From Paraspadella gotoi (lineage: Eukaryota; Animalia; Chaetognatha), in contig CM119264.1 of the NCBI GenBank assembly GCA_051294375.1, forward strand, positions 1,347,923-1,411,922: 64,000 nt of DNA. Reading direction: 5' to 3'. The notes beneath the pieces are model-generated. The model saw only the letters and a program-made list of their open reading frames with translations. It made no database searches and was not told the DNA's origin. Every line of letters begins with the position of its first letter. Positions within the stretch are counted from its first letter, which is position 1. Both the position numbers and the translations under genes were made by a program. Shown here piece by piece: positions 1-12,448 of the stretch.

Positions 1-354
1 TAAAGTAATCACAATGCCAAAATTTCATATGAGAATAACCGCCTTACCGTTTGCAGGCTGCAACTTCTTCAAATAGGGTTTTCTTTTATTTATTATAGCT
101 CACCAATAAAAATCGAAAAAAGCGATAACGCCTTTGAAAAAATAGTTAAAGTGAATACATTTCGGGAATCGTCAGGAGCTCTCCTTTCGAAATCAGCTCA
201 GGTTTTAGCCCGTACATTATAATTTGAATGATGTGATCCCGGACCGTTAAGAGGAGAGAGAAGAGAGATTGAGAGAGAGAGAGAGAGAGCAGAAGAGGCG
301 AGCCGTCCGTTAGAGAGATGGAGATGAGAAAGAGAAGATGAAGAGGAGGCTCAT

Positions 355-436
355 GCATTTAATTGAAACGCGAGTTGAAAAAGTCAAAGCAGAAGTAATT
401 AACGAAAAACACTACTAAACGCCAAACAAGGATTAC

Positions 437-472
<36 letters not shown>

Positions 473-835
473 NNNNNNNNNNNNNNNNNNNNNNNNNCTG
501 ATAGAGAGATACTGAGAGAGAGAGAGGAGAGAGGGAGAAGAGAGAGAGAGGAGGGTTGGAGACGACCCGGAGAGAGCAGAGAGATGAGAGAGAGAGGCTT
601 GCATTTATGGAAACGCGAGTTTTGAAAAAGTCACAAGCAGAAGTAATTAACGAAAAACACTACTAAACGCCAAAACAAGGATTACTTTAAGAGAGAGAGA
701 GACGATGAGAGAGAGAGAGATGATCGAGAGAGATGGAGTAGCTTGGCATTTATGAAACGCGAGTTTGAAAAAGTCAAAGCAGAAGATAGAATTAATCGAA
801 AACACTTATTAACGGCCAAACAAGGATTACGTTTA
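355..835. repeat. Three copies of a ~90-bp unit (GCATTTA..GAAACGCGAGTT..CAAGGATTAC) separated by (GA)n
   Basis: Copies start near 355, 601 and 746. A 25-N gap (473-497) lies between copies 1 and 2, so this is partly suspect as an assembly overlap. Confidence 0.85.
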
Positions 836-1359
836 GAGGAGAGAGATGAGGAGAGGAGAGGAAGAGCAGAGAAGGAGAGGAGAAGAGACGGATGAGAGAG
901 AGAGAAGAGATGGAGCAGAGCATAGAGAGAGAAGAGAGCAAAACAAGGAAAAGGTTAGAGCGTTGGTAAAGTGAAGGGTGAGTAAAAGCAGTAAAAATCA
1001 GATGATCTTTCAAGTTCTATGAGTGAAGACGGAGAGAAAAAAAGGAGAGAGGAGTTTAGCATATCTGAAAAAATCGGTCGAAAATGCGATGAACAAGCTT
1101 CTTTAACCCTGTGACCCAATATTTTCCAAGAACGCCTTGATTTCTTTTCAAATTTGACAAACTAAGTCAAAGTTAAGAGTTAAAATCTACTACTCTTTAA
1201 CGAAGCTTTTAACCTGTACCCTATTTTCCAAGAACGCCTGATTTCTTTTCAAATTTGACAAACTAAGTCAAAGTTAAGAGTTAAAGTTGGAGAGTAGGGT
1301 TAAAGATTCTATTAAGGATTAAGGAAGTGAAAAAGCTTTGGGGTAAGGTTAAGGATTAG

Positions 1360-1580
1360 ATTTAGGGATTATAGTTAGTGATTAGAGTTGAAGATTAGAG
1401 TTAGGGTTTAGAGTTAGGGATTAGAGTTAGGGATTAGAGTTAGGGATTACAGTTAGGCATTAGAGTTAGGAAATAGAGTTCGGGATTAGAGTTAGAGATT
1501 AGAGTTAAGGGTTCAAGATTAGTATTTAAGATTTATTTAAAGTCCAGGTTTGGGATTATTAATTAGGGTTGGGGATTAGC
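1360..1580 (+). repeat. Telomere-like degenerate tandem repeat, 13-bp unit TTAGGGATTAGAG
   Basis: Direct reading of 1400-1510 shows alternating TTAGGGA/TTAGAG. Confidence 0.85.
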
Positions 1581-1590
1581 CTAAGAGTTT

Positions 1591-2207
1591 AACAAGGAAC
1601 GGTTATATCAAGGTGTTGCGCCGCATTACTTTACTTTTTACTTTTATATCCTTTGTATTTTGCTGTATATAAGACGCGCTCTGTATTGGAATTACATCTT
1701 TAATTCCTAAAAACAAAAGGCGGCGCAAGCCGTCGTTTAAATTTGAGGTTTTTTCCTGTTTTAACAAATGAGCAACAAAGTATAAGTAAGTTTCCTTTGT
1801 AAAAATTGTTGTTCTGTTCTAAAACTTAAGATTAAACTCTGTTTTCTTTGTATAGGATACTGTTTGTATTTGAAAAGAGTTATGAAAATATTAAATTACA
1901 GACTACAGTAAAAGATACGGATTTAGAAATGGATTGAAAATTCCTTTTCACCTGTTCGGTGCCGTAATACTTTGACTAAAATTGTTTCCGATGATAACTA
2001 TTGTTCTCGTTATGCTGTGATTAATTGTAAACCTGTCTGTGATTATTTGTAACTGCGACCCATGGCCTACCCCTGGCCCGTCCTTCTTGAATAAATCTAA
2101 TCTAATCTAATGAGCGTTTTCAACGTTAGTGGGACAGACCAATGGACTGACATACCGACAGACAGACATGCCGACTGAAAAGTGAGTACTCGCGGCGCAA
2201 CTAAAAA
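1591..2207 (-). mobile_element. DINE-1/HINE-like non-autonomous Helentron element
   Basis: Subterminal inverted repeat GTTGCGCCGC (1615-1624) / GCGGCGCAAC (2192-2201), a (GTCT/GTCG)-type microsatellite near the 5' end, T-run termini and no TSD. It is the reverse-complement homolog of 59278-59687. Confidence 0.75.
1774..2108 (+). mobile_element. 5'-truncated non-LTR retrotransposon (LINE/SINE) 3' end
   Basis: Flanked by 7-bp direct repeat AATGAGC (1767-1773, 2109-2115), ends AATAAA-TCTAATCTAATCT, and is absent from the homologous HINE copy at 59400-59455. Confidence 0.65.
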
Positions 2208-2552
2208 TATATTTAAATTAAATGTTAAGGTTCAAATGTATTTGCGGGTTAAAGAAACAAGAATGAGACGCTCTTGGTAAAAAGAGCTGAAAATTTAAAG
2301 AGGAAAATATGTGAGTTTTTTTTGAATGATTTTATGTCTTGTTATAAGAGCACCTTTTAATATTTATTTGCCTTGTTTTTCATGTCTAGTATTATGTTTC
2401 TTTTATTATATATTTAATTTATAAAATGGCCAATTCAAATTGGTTGATTGATCATTAAAGTTGAGTGATTGATTATTTTGAAAATAAGATACCTAACTTT
2501 AACAGACAATAGAGAAAGATAGAAAAGAGAAAGAGAGACAGAGAGAGAGACT

Positions 2553-2622
<70 letters not shown>

Positions 2623-2814
2623 CAATCAGAGACAGATAGACAGAGAGACAGACGGACCGAGAAGCGCCTCATTAACGTCGCAGAAGAGAAATAAGCAAAA
2701 ATCTTCAAAAATCTATTTTAAGAATCATTTTCTTTTTTCTCTTGATTTCAAAACAATGTCTCTCTCTCTCTCTTTCTCTCTGGAGAGAGAGAGCAGAGGA
2801 AACGTTGAACCCTT

Positions 2815-2880
<66 letters not shown>

Positions 2881-2980
2881 CCTAACTCTCTCTCCTCATC
2901 CCTCTCTCTCTCACTCTTGTTTTTTATCTGTTTTTCGACCCTCTTTTATTTCTTGCTTTCTCTTTTCCCCGTCGTCTGAC

Positions 2981-3040
2981 CTTTGACCTCGTCTGGCGGA
3001 TAACCTTTCCCTTCGACGTCGCCAATGAATTCCGTTTCCC
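2981..3040 (-). CDS. Candidate 60-nt symmetric (phase 1-1) internal exon, peptide (G)ETEFIGDVEGKGYPPDEVK(G); gene unknown
   Basis: On the minus strand: long polypyrimidine tract, TTTCCTATCAAAG acceptor, stop-free 60 nt of complex sequence, then AAG|GTCAGA donor. No family recognised. Confidence 0.4.
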
Positions 3041-3219
3041 CTTTGATAGGAAAAAAAAGGAAATATAAGAAAGAAAATACAAGAAAAGAATATAAGAAAG
3101 AAATAAAAAGATGGGAAATATAAGTAAGAAAATATAAGAAAAAATATAAAAAGAAATTAAAAGAAAGAAAGAAAGAAAGAAAGAACGAAAGAAAGAAGAA
3201 AGAAAGAAAGAAGAAGACC

Positions 3220-3251
<32 letters not shown>

Positions 3252-3415
3252 AAAGAGAAAGAAGAAAGAAAATTAAAAAAAAATATAAGTAAGAATTAAA
3301 AAGAGGGTAAGTATAAGAAAGAAAATAGAAGAAATAAATATAATGAAGAAATAAAAAGAGGGAAAATATAAGAAAGAAATAAAAAGAGGAAAAATATTAA
3401 AAAAATACAAGAAAA

Positions 3416-3579
3416 TCATCATCATTATCATTATCATCATCATCATCATCATCGTCATCCTCCACCCTTCTCGGATCAGCGTCAACTTTGTCATTGTCAT
3501 AATCATCATCATCATCAATATCATCATCATCATCATCATCCCCCACTCTTCTCGGATTGGCGTCAACTTTGTCATTGTT

Positions 3580-3639
<60 letters not shown>

Positions 3640-3690
3640 TTCATCATCATCATCCCCCACCCTTCCCAGATCGGCGTCAACTTCGTCATT
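3416..3690. repeat. (ATC)n microsatellite punctuated by three copies of a ~36-bp unit (CCACCCTTCTCGGATCGGCGTCAACTTTGTCATT)
   Basis: Units near 3460, 3541 and 3654. This explains the poly-D/M/S ORFs here. Confidence 0.85.
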
Positions 3691-4116
3691 ACCATTCCCG
3701 CCAAATTCCGCTCAGTCTTTCATCTTTTCATCTGAACTCGCGTCTTGTCACAAACTCATCATTCAAACTTCGCCTTCAAATCTATAACCCATCCATTCCT
3801 CGCCCCGAGGGGGGAAGAATAGGATCAGTAAGTGAGTCTGTCTGTCTGTCTGTCTCTCTGTCTGTCTGTCTTTTAACTTCTGTATCTTCGACTTCCTTTA
3901 TTCTTTTCTCATCTTTTGTTTTCTTTCTTGTTTTCGTTCTTTTTTTTTTCTTTCTTTCTTTCTTTCGGTTTTTTTCTCTCTCTTTCTGATCCTATGTGTC
4001 TAATAGACACTGTCTATGTATGTCAGTATGTCTATGCGTCTGTTTCTTTGTAATATGTATGGTTTGTTTTTTATCTTTTCTTTCTATCTTTCTCTCAGTT
4101 TATCTTCTTGCTTAGT

Positions 4117-4165
<49 letters not shown>

Positions 4166-4851
4166 ATCTCTCTCTCTCTCTCTCGTTCCACTGAGGGGTT
4201 CTTCCCATTTCTTCTTCCCAGGAACCACATGCATATTCATTATAATTTGCTGATGTCGATAAGAAAAATCCCAAAGAGAAATTTCTATGGCTGAGACGCG
4301 AGCTTCCTTAGTCATTCTCCTTTATTTTCATCCGATTGACGCAGGAGAGAGATATATCGACGAGCAGAGACGAGAGAGAGATGGAGATGAGAGAGGAGAG
4401 ATGAGAGATGGAGATGCGAGAGACGAAAGAGAGAGGACGGAGATGAGGACAAAGTGTGAGATTGTTCTGGCCGTTAAGACAAAAAGGGACAGTTGGGGGG
4501 CGAAAATGTTTTGAGGAAAACAGAGAAAGAAAAAAATGGAAACGGAGAAATTTCGCATCGAATTCTATTTTTAGATTTTTTTTTCTTTTTTTCTTGAAGA
4601 CGAAATTTATTTAAAAATAAAAAAAAAATAATAGAAAGAAGAAAGTAAATTAAACTTAAGAAACAATGGATGGAGTTGAGGTCGAGTGAACCGCTATTGA
4701 TTTCAGAAAATCAGTTTCTGGACAAATTATATTTTTTTATAAACAGTTGATATATTATATACTTTATTAGAATATTATATGTATAATTGTATATTATATT
4801 ATTTGGAAAAGTGCAATGTATTTGTTGTCGGCTTTGATCCATTAGTGCTCT

Positions 4852-5019
4852 GGTGCAATCCATCTGTTGTAAGGTGCAATCTCTCTCTGTCATCAGATGC
4901 AATCTATCTGTCATCAGATGCAATTCATCTGTCGTCAGATGCAATCTATTTGTCATCAGATGCAATTCATCTGTCGTCAGATGCAATTCATCTGTCGTCA
5001 GATGCAATCAATCAGATGC
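4852..5019. repeat. 21-bp minisatellite (GATGCAATTCATCTGTCGTCA), ~7-8 units
   Basis: Direct periodicity; the ORF repeats SSDAIHL. Confidence 0.9.
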
Positions 5020-5210
5020 CTTCATCTTGTTTCGACTTAATTTTCACAGAATCGAATTCGGTGCTTTTAACCGAAACCAAATTAACTTTCCTTAATTTCT
5101 CTCTTGTTTTTTGGGTTTTTTTAATTTAATTTGTTTTTTCTGTTTCTTTTTTTAATTTTTTTTTGCTCTCAATTATTTAAGTTTTCTTTTTTTTTCTTTG
5201 TCATAATTTA

Positions 5211-5360
5211 GGCTCTCTTTTTCCAGAACGCCTCATTTATGTTCCTTTATTCCGAAATTTAATTTTAAACTTAATATTTAACCTAAATATGTTTAGTTTT
5301 TTTTCTTTTTACTTTTTTATTCCACAAAGTTAAGAAAAAAATGGAGCGTTTTTTGGAAAA
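5211..5360 (-). mobile_element. Short internally deleted copy of the telomere-like-repeat MITE family
   Basis: Ends GGCTCTCTTTTTCCAGAACGCCTCATTT and AAATGGAGCGTTTTTTGGAAAA. The right end is repeated at 12449-12471. Confidence 0.55.
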
Positions 5361-5391
5361 TTTTTTCTTTTTAATTAATCGTTGTTTCGAT

Positions 5392-8300
5392 CAGGTTGTG
5401 GAGTGGCCCTTTTTTTCTCCAGCTCCAGCTCCAAAACTCCAGCTCCGGCCAAAAAAATATTTTCAGCTCCAGCTCCAACTCCGGCTCCATCCTTAAATTT
5501 TTTTCCAGCTCCGACTCCAGCTTCCAGCTCCACTATAAAATTTTGGAGACAGCTCCAGCTCCCGCTCCGGCTACCCAGCTCCGACCTTTTAAAGTTTAAT
5601 GATTATGTTGCTTATATCTAAATTAGACCTAATTTTATTATTTAACTTATTATATAACTTATCTATTTGCTTATATTTAAATAAATAATTAATTTTAATT
5701 AATTCTGTATGAAATATTGAATAATTCATTTATTAATAATAATTATGTATTTTTTAATATTTAATGTATTGAGAACAAGATTTGTACTTAAATGTAGACA
5801 TTATTTATCAGGATTTTACTATCTAGTTTTAAGGCTCAGTATTTCATGAGTTATGCTGCATTGAATTCTGTGTGTCATGTTGATCACCTTTTTAAGTTGA
5901 TCATGAAAAGTAGGATACTTATGCACCGTTTAAGGTCTTTACCTCTTAACCATTACCTTACCAACTACCCACACATCGACCGACATTAAAAGGCGGCTAA
6001 CAGTTAGTAAGAGGTAAGGTCTCACTCCCAACCCGCAAGAACAAGGACATAGCTTTAGCCCGCCTTGCTCTTAAGGCCTAAGAAGAGGGCAGCCGGCAGA
6101 ATAATCAGGTCAGATGAAGTACCCTACGGCATTTTCCAGAGGATCCTCTTGCCCGACCCTCTATCGATACGAGTCCATAAAGCTGGGAACTCAAAGATTC
6201 CACTAAAGACCCTTACACTGGAATGCCAATGAAGCTCGGTTCACCATCGTCACTGCTTTCCTTTGTCCAGAACGTCGTCGTGCCGCTCTTCTGTCCCAGA
6301 AAGCGGATCGTGGTGGGCCAAGCGTCTTTGCTTCTCTGTATTTTTTTTGACTAACCTTTCTTGCTTCTTTAATGTAGTCCTACACTTCGTCTTATCTTTC
6401 TACAATTTATTATTCTAAAATGATTAAGTTTTGCAGAACTTAAATGTTAATATATATATAACTTATCTGCAACTCATTGCTTTCTCTTCAATATCCCTCC
6501 ACTTTAAGACTATATCTTAACCTGTCTTTGAACTCCCACTGTTCCAGTTATTTGCCCTGGTGACTCTCTCTTTTTTTTGATGCACACTGGCCATACCTGC
6601 TATCGGCTCTCTCTCCTTTGCCCACGTTCAACACAAACCCCGGTCCAATCACCTTATAAACTGTTGTGCCCCACCGACAACTGCACTCATTTTCTCCTAC
6701 CGCACATTGATATGCATTCCATACATTTTTTGCTGGCTATGAACGACTTACATCTAAAGTTTACAATAAGTTTTTCCTTTTAAAGATAAAATATGTTCAT
6801 AAACAAAAACAGATCCCGGTGCAGCATTCCACAAAGGTTTTGCGCTCACCCACCCATGACTTTTCTTTTTATGGTATTCCATCATGATTCACATGATTAG
6901 CAAAATTATTTTAAAAAAAAGCTGTTCCTCGTTAATGGCGCCTCTCTCACTACTGTTGGCAAAGTTTTCATTACCAAACAACCAGACAGTTACAAGTAAC
7001 ATATACTGAGTTCGGGGTTCCAGCCTACACTTATATGACAGTATGTGTCAACTGAACTTACACAAAGTTATGAAACTACATGCAGCCAAGACGCGGCGCA
7101 GCCACATTAAGTAACTCGACCTTCTACCCAAGTACTGCAAGTATTACCTAAATAACTTCTTAGCCCGGTACTGTATTTATGGCATGGCAATACTAGTTTA
7201 TAGTATTATTCTTTATAAACCAATAAATTTTCTTTAATGTTTTATTAATGACTTTTCAGACTTTTTCTCGGTTATAAAAATTAGACCAAAAAATATAAAA
7301 GCTTTCATAAATGTTTTTGTCATTCCAGTGTTCAAAATTGGAAAAAAAAAGGGTCAAGAATTCTCACTTTTTTTAACTCTTCTTTGGAAGTAGTAACTAA
7401 CAGTGCGGTTCCCATGGGTACTTGGTTTAACTTTTTCTTTACATATCTGTTGCGGATACTTTGTTGATTACTATCGTATTTTCTGCAGATAACCAATGTC
7501 CAAAGCATAAAGTCTTACCGATTTATGACACTATTTTTCCAGAATTCAATTTAATGCAATTTTCTCTTTGCAGACACCTCTCCAATTTATGAGTCATCAT
7601 TTTTCTTCACTTTTTTTAATTTAGCATAAAGTTTTGTGACTTTAAAAATAAAATTTATTTTTGACCAAAAAATTTCATGTAAAAAAATTTTGAATAAGAT
7701 ATAAATATTTTAGAATTTACATTTGTATAAAAAGTGTATAAATAAAAAGAAATAAACAAATATTTGAAAAGACCCAACTATTAAAAATTTTATCGAAAAT
7801 ATGCTAATTTTAATTTTGCATAATTTTAAATTTCTATTGTTGCAAGTTTAACAGTGAGCCGACATCTTGAATTCATTTAGCCAGGACAAAAAATGTGTTG
7901 CATTTATTCAAACAAATATATTAACATCCAATTTCAAAACAAGTCAATAGGAACAAGGTAAGGTAAATAAATTTTATAAAATAGATGATTTATCTGCATT
8001 ATACAAAGCCTTCTCTGGAGCTAAAAGAATATAAAGTTGTTTTACTGTTCTGCCAATTTACAAGAAAAGATTTAAAAGACAACATATTATAATCAATATT
8101 AAAAAAATATTGAATAAATAAGAAAAAATATATAATTTAAACTTTTTTTTAAAAAAATATCAGTTGGGAAAATATTCTTTAGCCAATGCTTTATGTAATA
8201 ACTACAGGAAGTTTTGCCTTTCGGTTCAATCTTTTTTTTAAAATTTGGTATCCTATAAAATGGTTCCCATACCTAAACCCAAGTGGTTTGGCGCTTGAGC

Positions 8301-10534
8301 TGAACCCGATTGATTGGACGTGAGGGATCCCCGAGCCAAAACATTCACTCAGGTTCCGTTTCAAGCGCCTGGAAGCTATCTGACAACGCACTGGTTATTT
8401 ATAGAGCGGAGAGAGGGTGATAGGAGGCCGTGGCGACGTTGTGGGGCATGAGGAGTTTTGTCGTAGCGTACACCCATTGTGGCCTAGGCGTTTTGGTTTC
8501 GTAATGTACCCAAGTGGCAGTCGGGCATATTGCGGTTGTCATAGGCGCGCGCTACCCTTGCAAAAGGTTGCGTGTTGCATAGTAGGGATCGACAACTCTT
8601 TGACTTCCGTCGCAACAGGGCGTGACCCGTGCATAGCCAACTTGGCGATGGGCAGTTCTGCCCAGCTGTGGCTTTTGTGGTGGGCTTAGCCCGCTATGCG
8701 CCATCCCAGGTGACGCGTCCGAGTCACTGGGGCGGTTACCGTTAGGACGGTCTCGCTTTTGCCAACCCCGCAGGGCAGGAAGTCGTTTAGAGGACATGGT
8801 TATGGAACTCTACGCCTGGGGCTTGGTGTCGGTCCAGCTTCCCCCTTCTCGAGCCAGATGGATTTGGCAACTGAAGGATGACGGAAGGCGTGAGTCGCGA
8901 TGTGAATAATAACCGCCACCAACTACATATATCTTTATTAGATGAAATACCAATTTGCCTATACTGTTATGCTTAAAGATTTTTGAAAATGCCATTGATT
9001 TTTCTTTAAATTACATATACACAAATAAAGCACGCAAAAAAAAATTATTGTTAACTCGCTTAATCTTTTCATCACTCCACACACTACTATACCAATGATC
9101 CTAAAAAAACATTCAAGTTTCACCTTGACACTATAAAAATTAATTTCACTGTCCCTCTTCCTACAGGGCCATTTTAAATGAGTCCCCACCCAGGGTGCCG
9201 TAATGACAATTTAACGATGTCCGCTTGACCTTATAAAAAAATTCAAATACACTACCAGCACGGAGAATGACAATAAATTAATGAAACATGTCGCTAATAA
9301 TGATGACGTGAGCCCAATTAAAAAATGTTATTGCTATTTGCTATATTACGAAACATGCATATAGCACAAAAAAAACATATTCAAACTGATGTTGACCGGC
9401 TGATGCCAACAAAAATAAACCCAAACCAACATTTTAATACCAGTACTGAAAAGACATTACTAACATTAACTAAACATTAAATGACCACTTATGAACTTAA
9501 AAGTTACAAATGATTTAAAAAAATGTTTAAAGTCATGACTTTGATATAATTGGACTTTGGTGCTAAAATGCTCCTAAAGTAAAAAAACGTAAATAACCAG
9601 ATCACCACATGACAATAAAACCATGACATAAGATTTGCACGTTAAAGTTAATAGAACTGAAAGTGTCATGAAATTTAAAAGGTAAACTCAAAAGTTTAAG
9701 CGAATATAATTATAAAATAACTAAAAAGGTGTAATAAATACAGTTGCTATAATCAAAAGTAATATAATTTAGATAAATAACCTTAAAATGATGCACTTGT
9801 CGTAAAATACGGTTAATGTTAAATGTAAGGTAGCAGTTTAAGCGTCTGTAAGGTTCGGCCCTAAGTATTATAATAATAATAATAATAAACGAACGGTAAT
9901 AGAGCAATTTGAACGTAATATGTTATGCCTTACACTTAAAGACTTTTCCTTTTTTTAATGTTACGAACATTTTGGGACTTAACATAAGTTTATATTTCTG
10001 TCCACCAAAGTTTAAATTCTATCATTCATTTTACGTATACCTTTATTTACAGTAGTATATAATCTTAAATTGTTGTTCACTATGAAGCAATTCATGCTTA
10101 ATTTTAAGGAAAACAATATCTTACCAAGTCGACGACTTAACATTTAAGATTATGCAAAATTTGCAAATTATAATTATTGGATTTGATTTAAATCTATACT
10201 GAACAAAACAAGACGACCAACGTTTTAATCAAAGCTTTTTTCCTCTTGAAAAAATTAATATTATTTTCATCTCTTTATAAATTTTATCATTTTCCATAAT
10301 AATTTCCTGTGTGGAGCTGGGAGTTGGGACCTTTTTTTGCCCCGCCTGCCTCGTGTGACTCCTCAGTCGCAGCTCGGCCAGATAAAATCTCAGCTCCAGC
10401 CTCCAGCTCCCGCCTCCCCGGTAAGAAAATAAATTCAAAGCTCCAGCTCCAGCATGCCCAGCTCCGGCCAACATATGCCAGCTGCCGGGCAGCTCCGACT
10501 CCAGCCTCCAGTCTCCAGCCTCCACATTCCCCTG
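5392..10534. mobile_element. hAT-superfamily DNA transposon, ~5.1 kb, no intact transposase visible
   Basis: Termini CAGGTTGTGGAG... and ...CTCCACATTCCCCTG, with (CTCCAG)n subterminal arrays at both ends. 8-bp TSD GTTTCGAT (5384-5391) / GTTCCGAT (10535-10542). Empty site with a single GTTTCGAT at 12498-12505. Confidence 0.85.
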
Positions 10535-12168
10535 GTTCCGATTGTTTTCCTACATTTCCAATTATCCTCTCGAATCTCCTCACTACGGTGATTTAGTCCG
10601 AGGCTATCCAAAATGTTGTACACCGTGATTGCTATTATACAAAATAACTCAAATATTGAGCCCACGTGTCTTCGAACGCAGGCCGAATCTGATTTCTTCT
10701 CCTTTTCTTTTTTCCATTTTTCCCCCCCGGGTTTTTCGCGCGGTTTCGCGAACTTACGAGCCCCAAAAAAAACTACCATTGAGATTGAAAAAAAAGCGTT
10801 TTATCGTTGCTCTAAATAGGCTTTTTTGCTTTTTTTTTCGTTTTTGTAAAATTAGAAGAGAGACGAGAGAGAGAGGATAGGAGAGGAGAGCAGAGAGAGA
10901 GAAGGCAGACTGGCGAACGGGAGACCGAGATGATCGGAGACGAGATGAGACAAGAACTGGAGAGATCGACGACGAGAGAGAGAGATCCCGCACAATGGGA
11001 AATACGACGCCGGTTTCTTTTCTTTTTCTTCCCGATATTTCTTTTTTTCTCTTTTTTTTCTCTCTTAAGTTTTCACATCTTGATGAAGCGTCCAGTCAGT
11101 TTTAATCCATAATATATACATAGTAGCACACAAGATGAAAAAATGGCCCCGTAACGTTACTTGTTCCGTGGATAAAAAACAATTCACTGTTTTAATATTA
11201 TATATTTCTTTTTATTTTTGAAACGTTATTAGTTTTCATACTGGTTGCATATCTAAAATATCAGATGCCAAAATCTTTTTTGGTTTTAGATCATGACTGA
11301 TTATTAGGGTGTAAAGAATTGGATAAATTTTATTAAAATGGTTACTTACTATTCATTATTTTATTCATAGAACTGTCCAATAGAAAAAACATTTTTATAA
11401 AAAATATTCAGTACTACATAGTTAGCAGTATTATGCTCTCAAATTGATGGAAAAAAAAAACCTCATTTTAAAAAATCTCCGCATCGGGAAAGTGGCGGGT
11501 GTTAGACGTACAACTAAGAGCTTACCAATGGCATCCTCCCACCAGCCCGCATTGGAATTTTCCTTCTTAAATAATTTTTTTTATTTCAATACATTTGAAA
11601 GGGAAAAAAAGAAAACTTTGTAGAACTGCAGGTTGCAGAAAGACGCGAGTGTACATGAACTAAATCGTGAAATGCGCCTTACTTTGACAATCGATAACCA
11701 TGACCTTTTCTCTATCTATATGCTTGTGTTCGCAAGATATAAGGGCATAAAGGAAATTTCTAAATAACTTCTTTGCATCATTCTAAGTCAGTTCAGTTGA
11801 ATGAACCCCATTCCAATGCGGTGGCTACTTTTTACCGAGAAATATTCTCTTTTTTTCTTAAATTAAAATGGATGAACTATAAAATATAGAATTAAATATC
11901 CTCCTTGCTATATTTAAAAAAAATTATCAATACAACTTTAACACACATGATGTTTTGCCTCTCTGTTCAAATTATCGTTACCAGCCTATTATAAATTTGA
12001 TGTTTACTACAACCTTTTATTATGGAAAACAAGCAGGGTACTGGCTGCCACATCTGTGTCAAGCTTAGTGTGCATGTTAAAGGATAATGAAATGACCGAT
12101 TTTTTTTTCACAGACAGAAAGGTAGAATGATCTCTCTCTTTTTNNNNNNNNNNNNNNNNNNNNNNNNN

Positions 12169-12438
12169 ATTAATGTTTCAGATTTTTCGTAAAAAATTAG
12201 ACCAAAAAATATAAAACGTTATCATAAATGTTTTTGTATTCAGTGTCAAAATTGGAAAAAAAGGTCAAAATTCTCAACTTTTTAACTCTCTGAAGTAGTA
12301 ACTACAGTGGGTCCCAATGGTACTGTCGGTTAACTTTTACATATTGTGCGGAACTTTGTTATTAAATGTTATTTCTGAGATAACAATGTCAAAGATAAGT
12401 TCTTACCATTTATGACACTATTTTTCGAATTCAATTTT
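12169..12438 (+). repeat. Second copy of hAT-internal segment 7244-7552
   Basis: Colinear match (AAATTAGACCAAAAAATATAAAA...TTTATGACACTATTTTT), bounded by N gaps. Confidence 0.8.
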
Positions 12439-12448
12439 NNNNNNNNNN

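Larger units (their letters stand above)
1216..2288 (+). mobile_element. MITE-like element with internal TTAGGG-like repeats, interrupted by a nested HINE
   Basis: The left end TATTTTCCAAGAACGCC (also duplicated at ~1113) and right end GAGACGCTCTTGGTAAAAAGAGC match the family ends at 42946-43288 and 58283-58466. Removing 1591-2207 approximately restores GAGTT-AAAAATATAT as seen at 35464 and 48263. Confidence 0.7.

Noticed and set aside
1360-1580. True telomere or chromosome end
   Set aside because: The array is short, degenerate, internal and enclosed by MITE ends.
3273-3787. Poly-D, poly-M and poly-S ORFs
   Set aside because: These are the reading frames of an (ATC)n microsatellite.
4852-5019. 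CTGATGA on the minus strand as a hammerhead core
   Set aside because: No GAAA partner or stem II.
8260-8300. MVPIPKPK resembling a LINE RT N-terminal motif
   Set aside because: A stop follows within a few codons and no YRPISL or YADD motifs are visible downstream.
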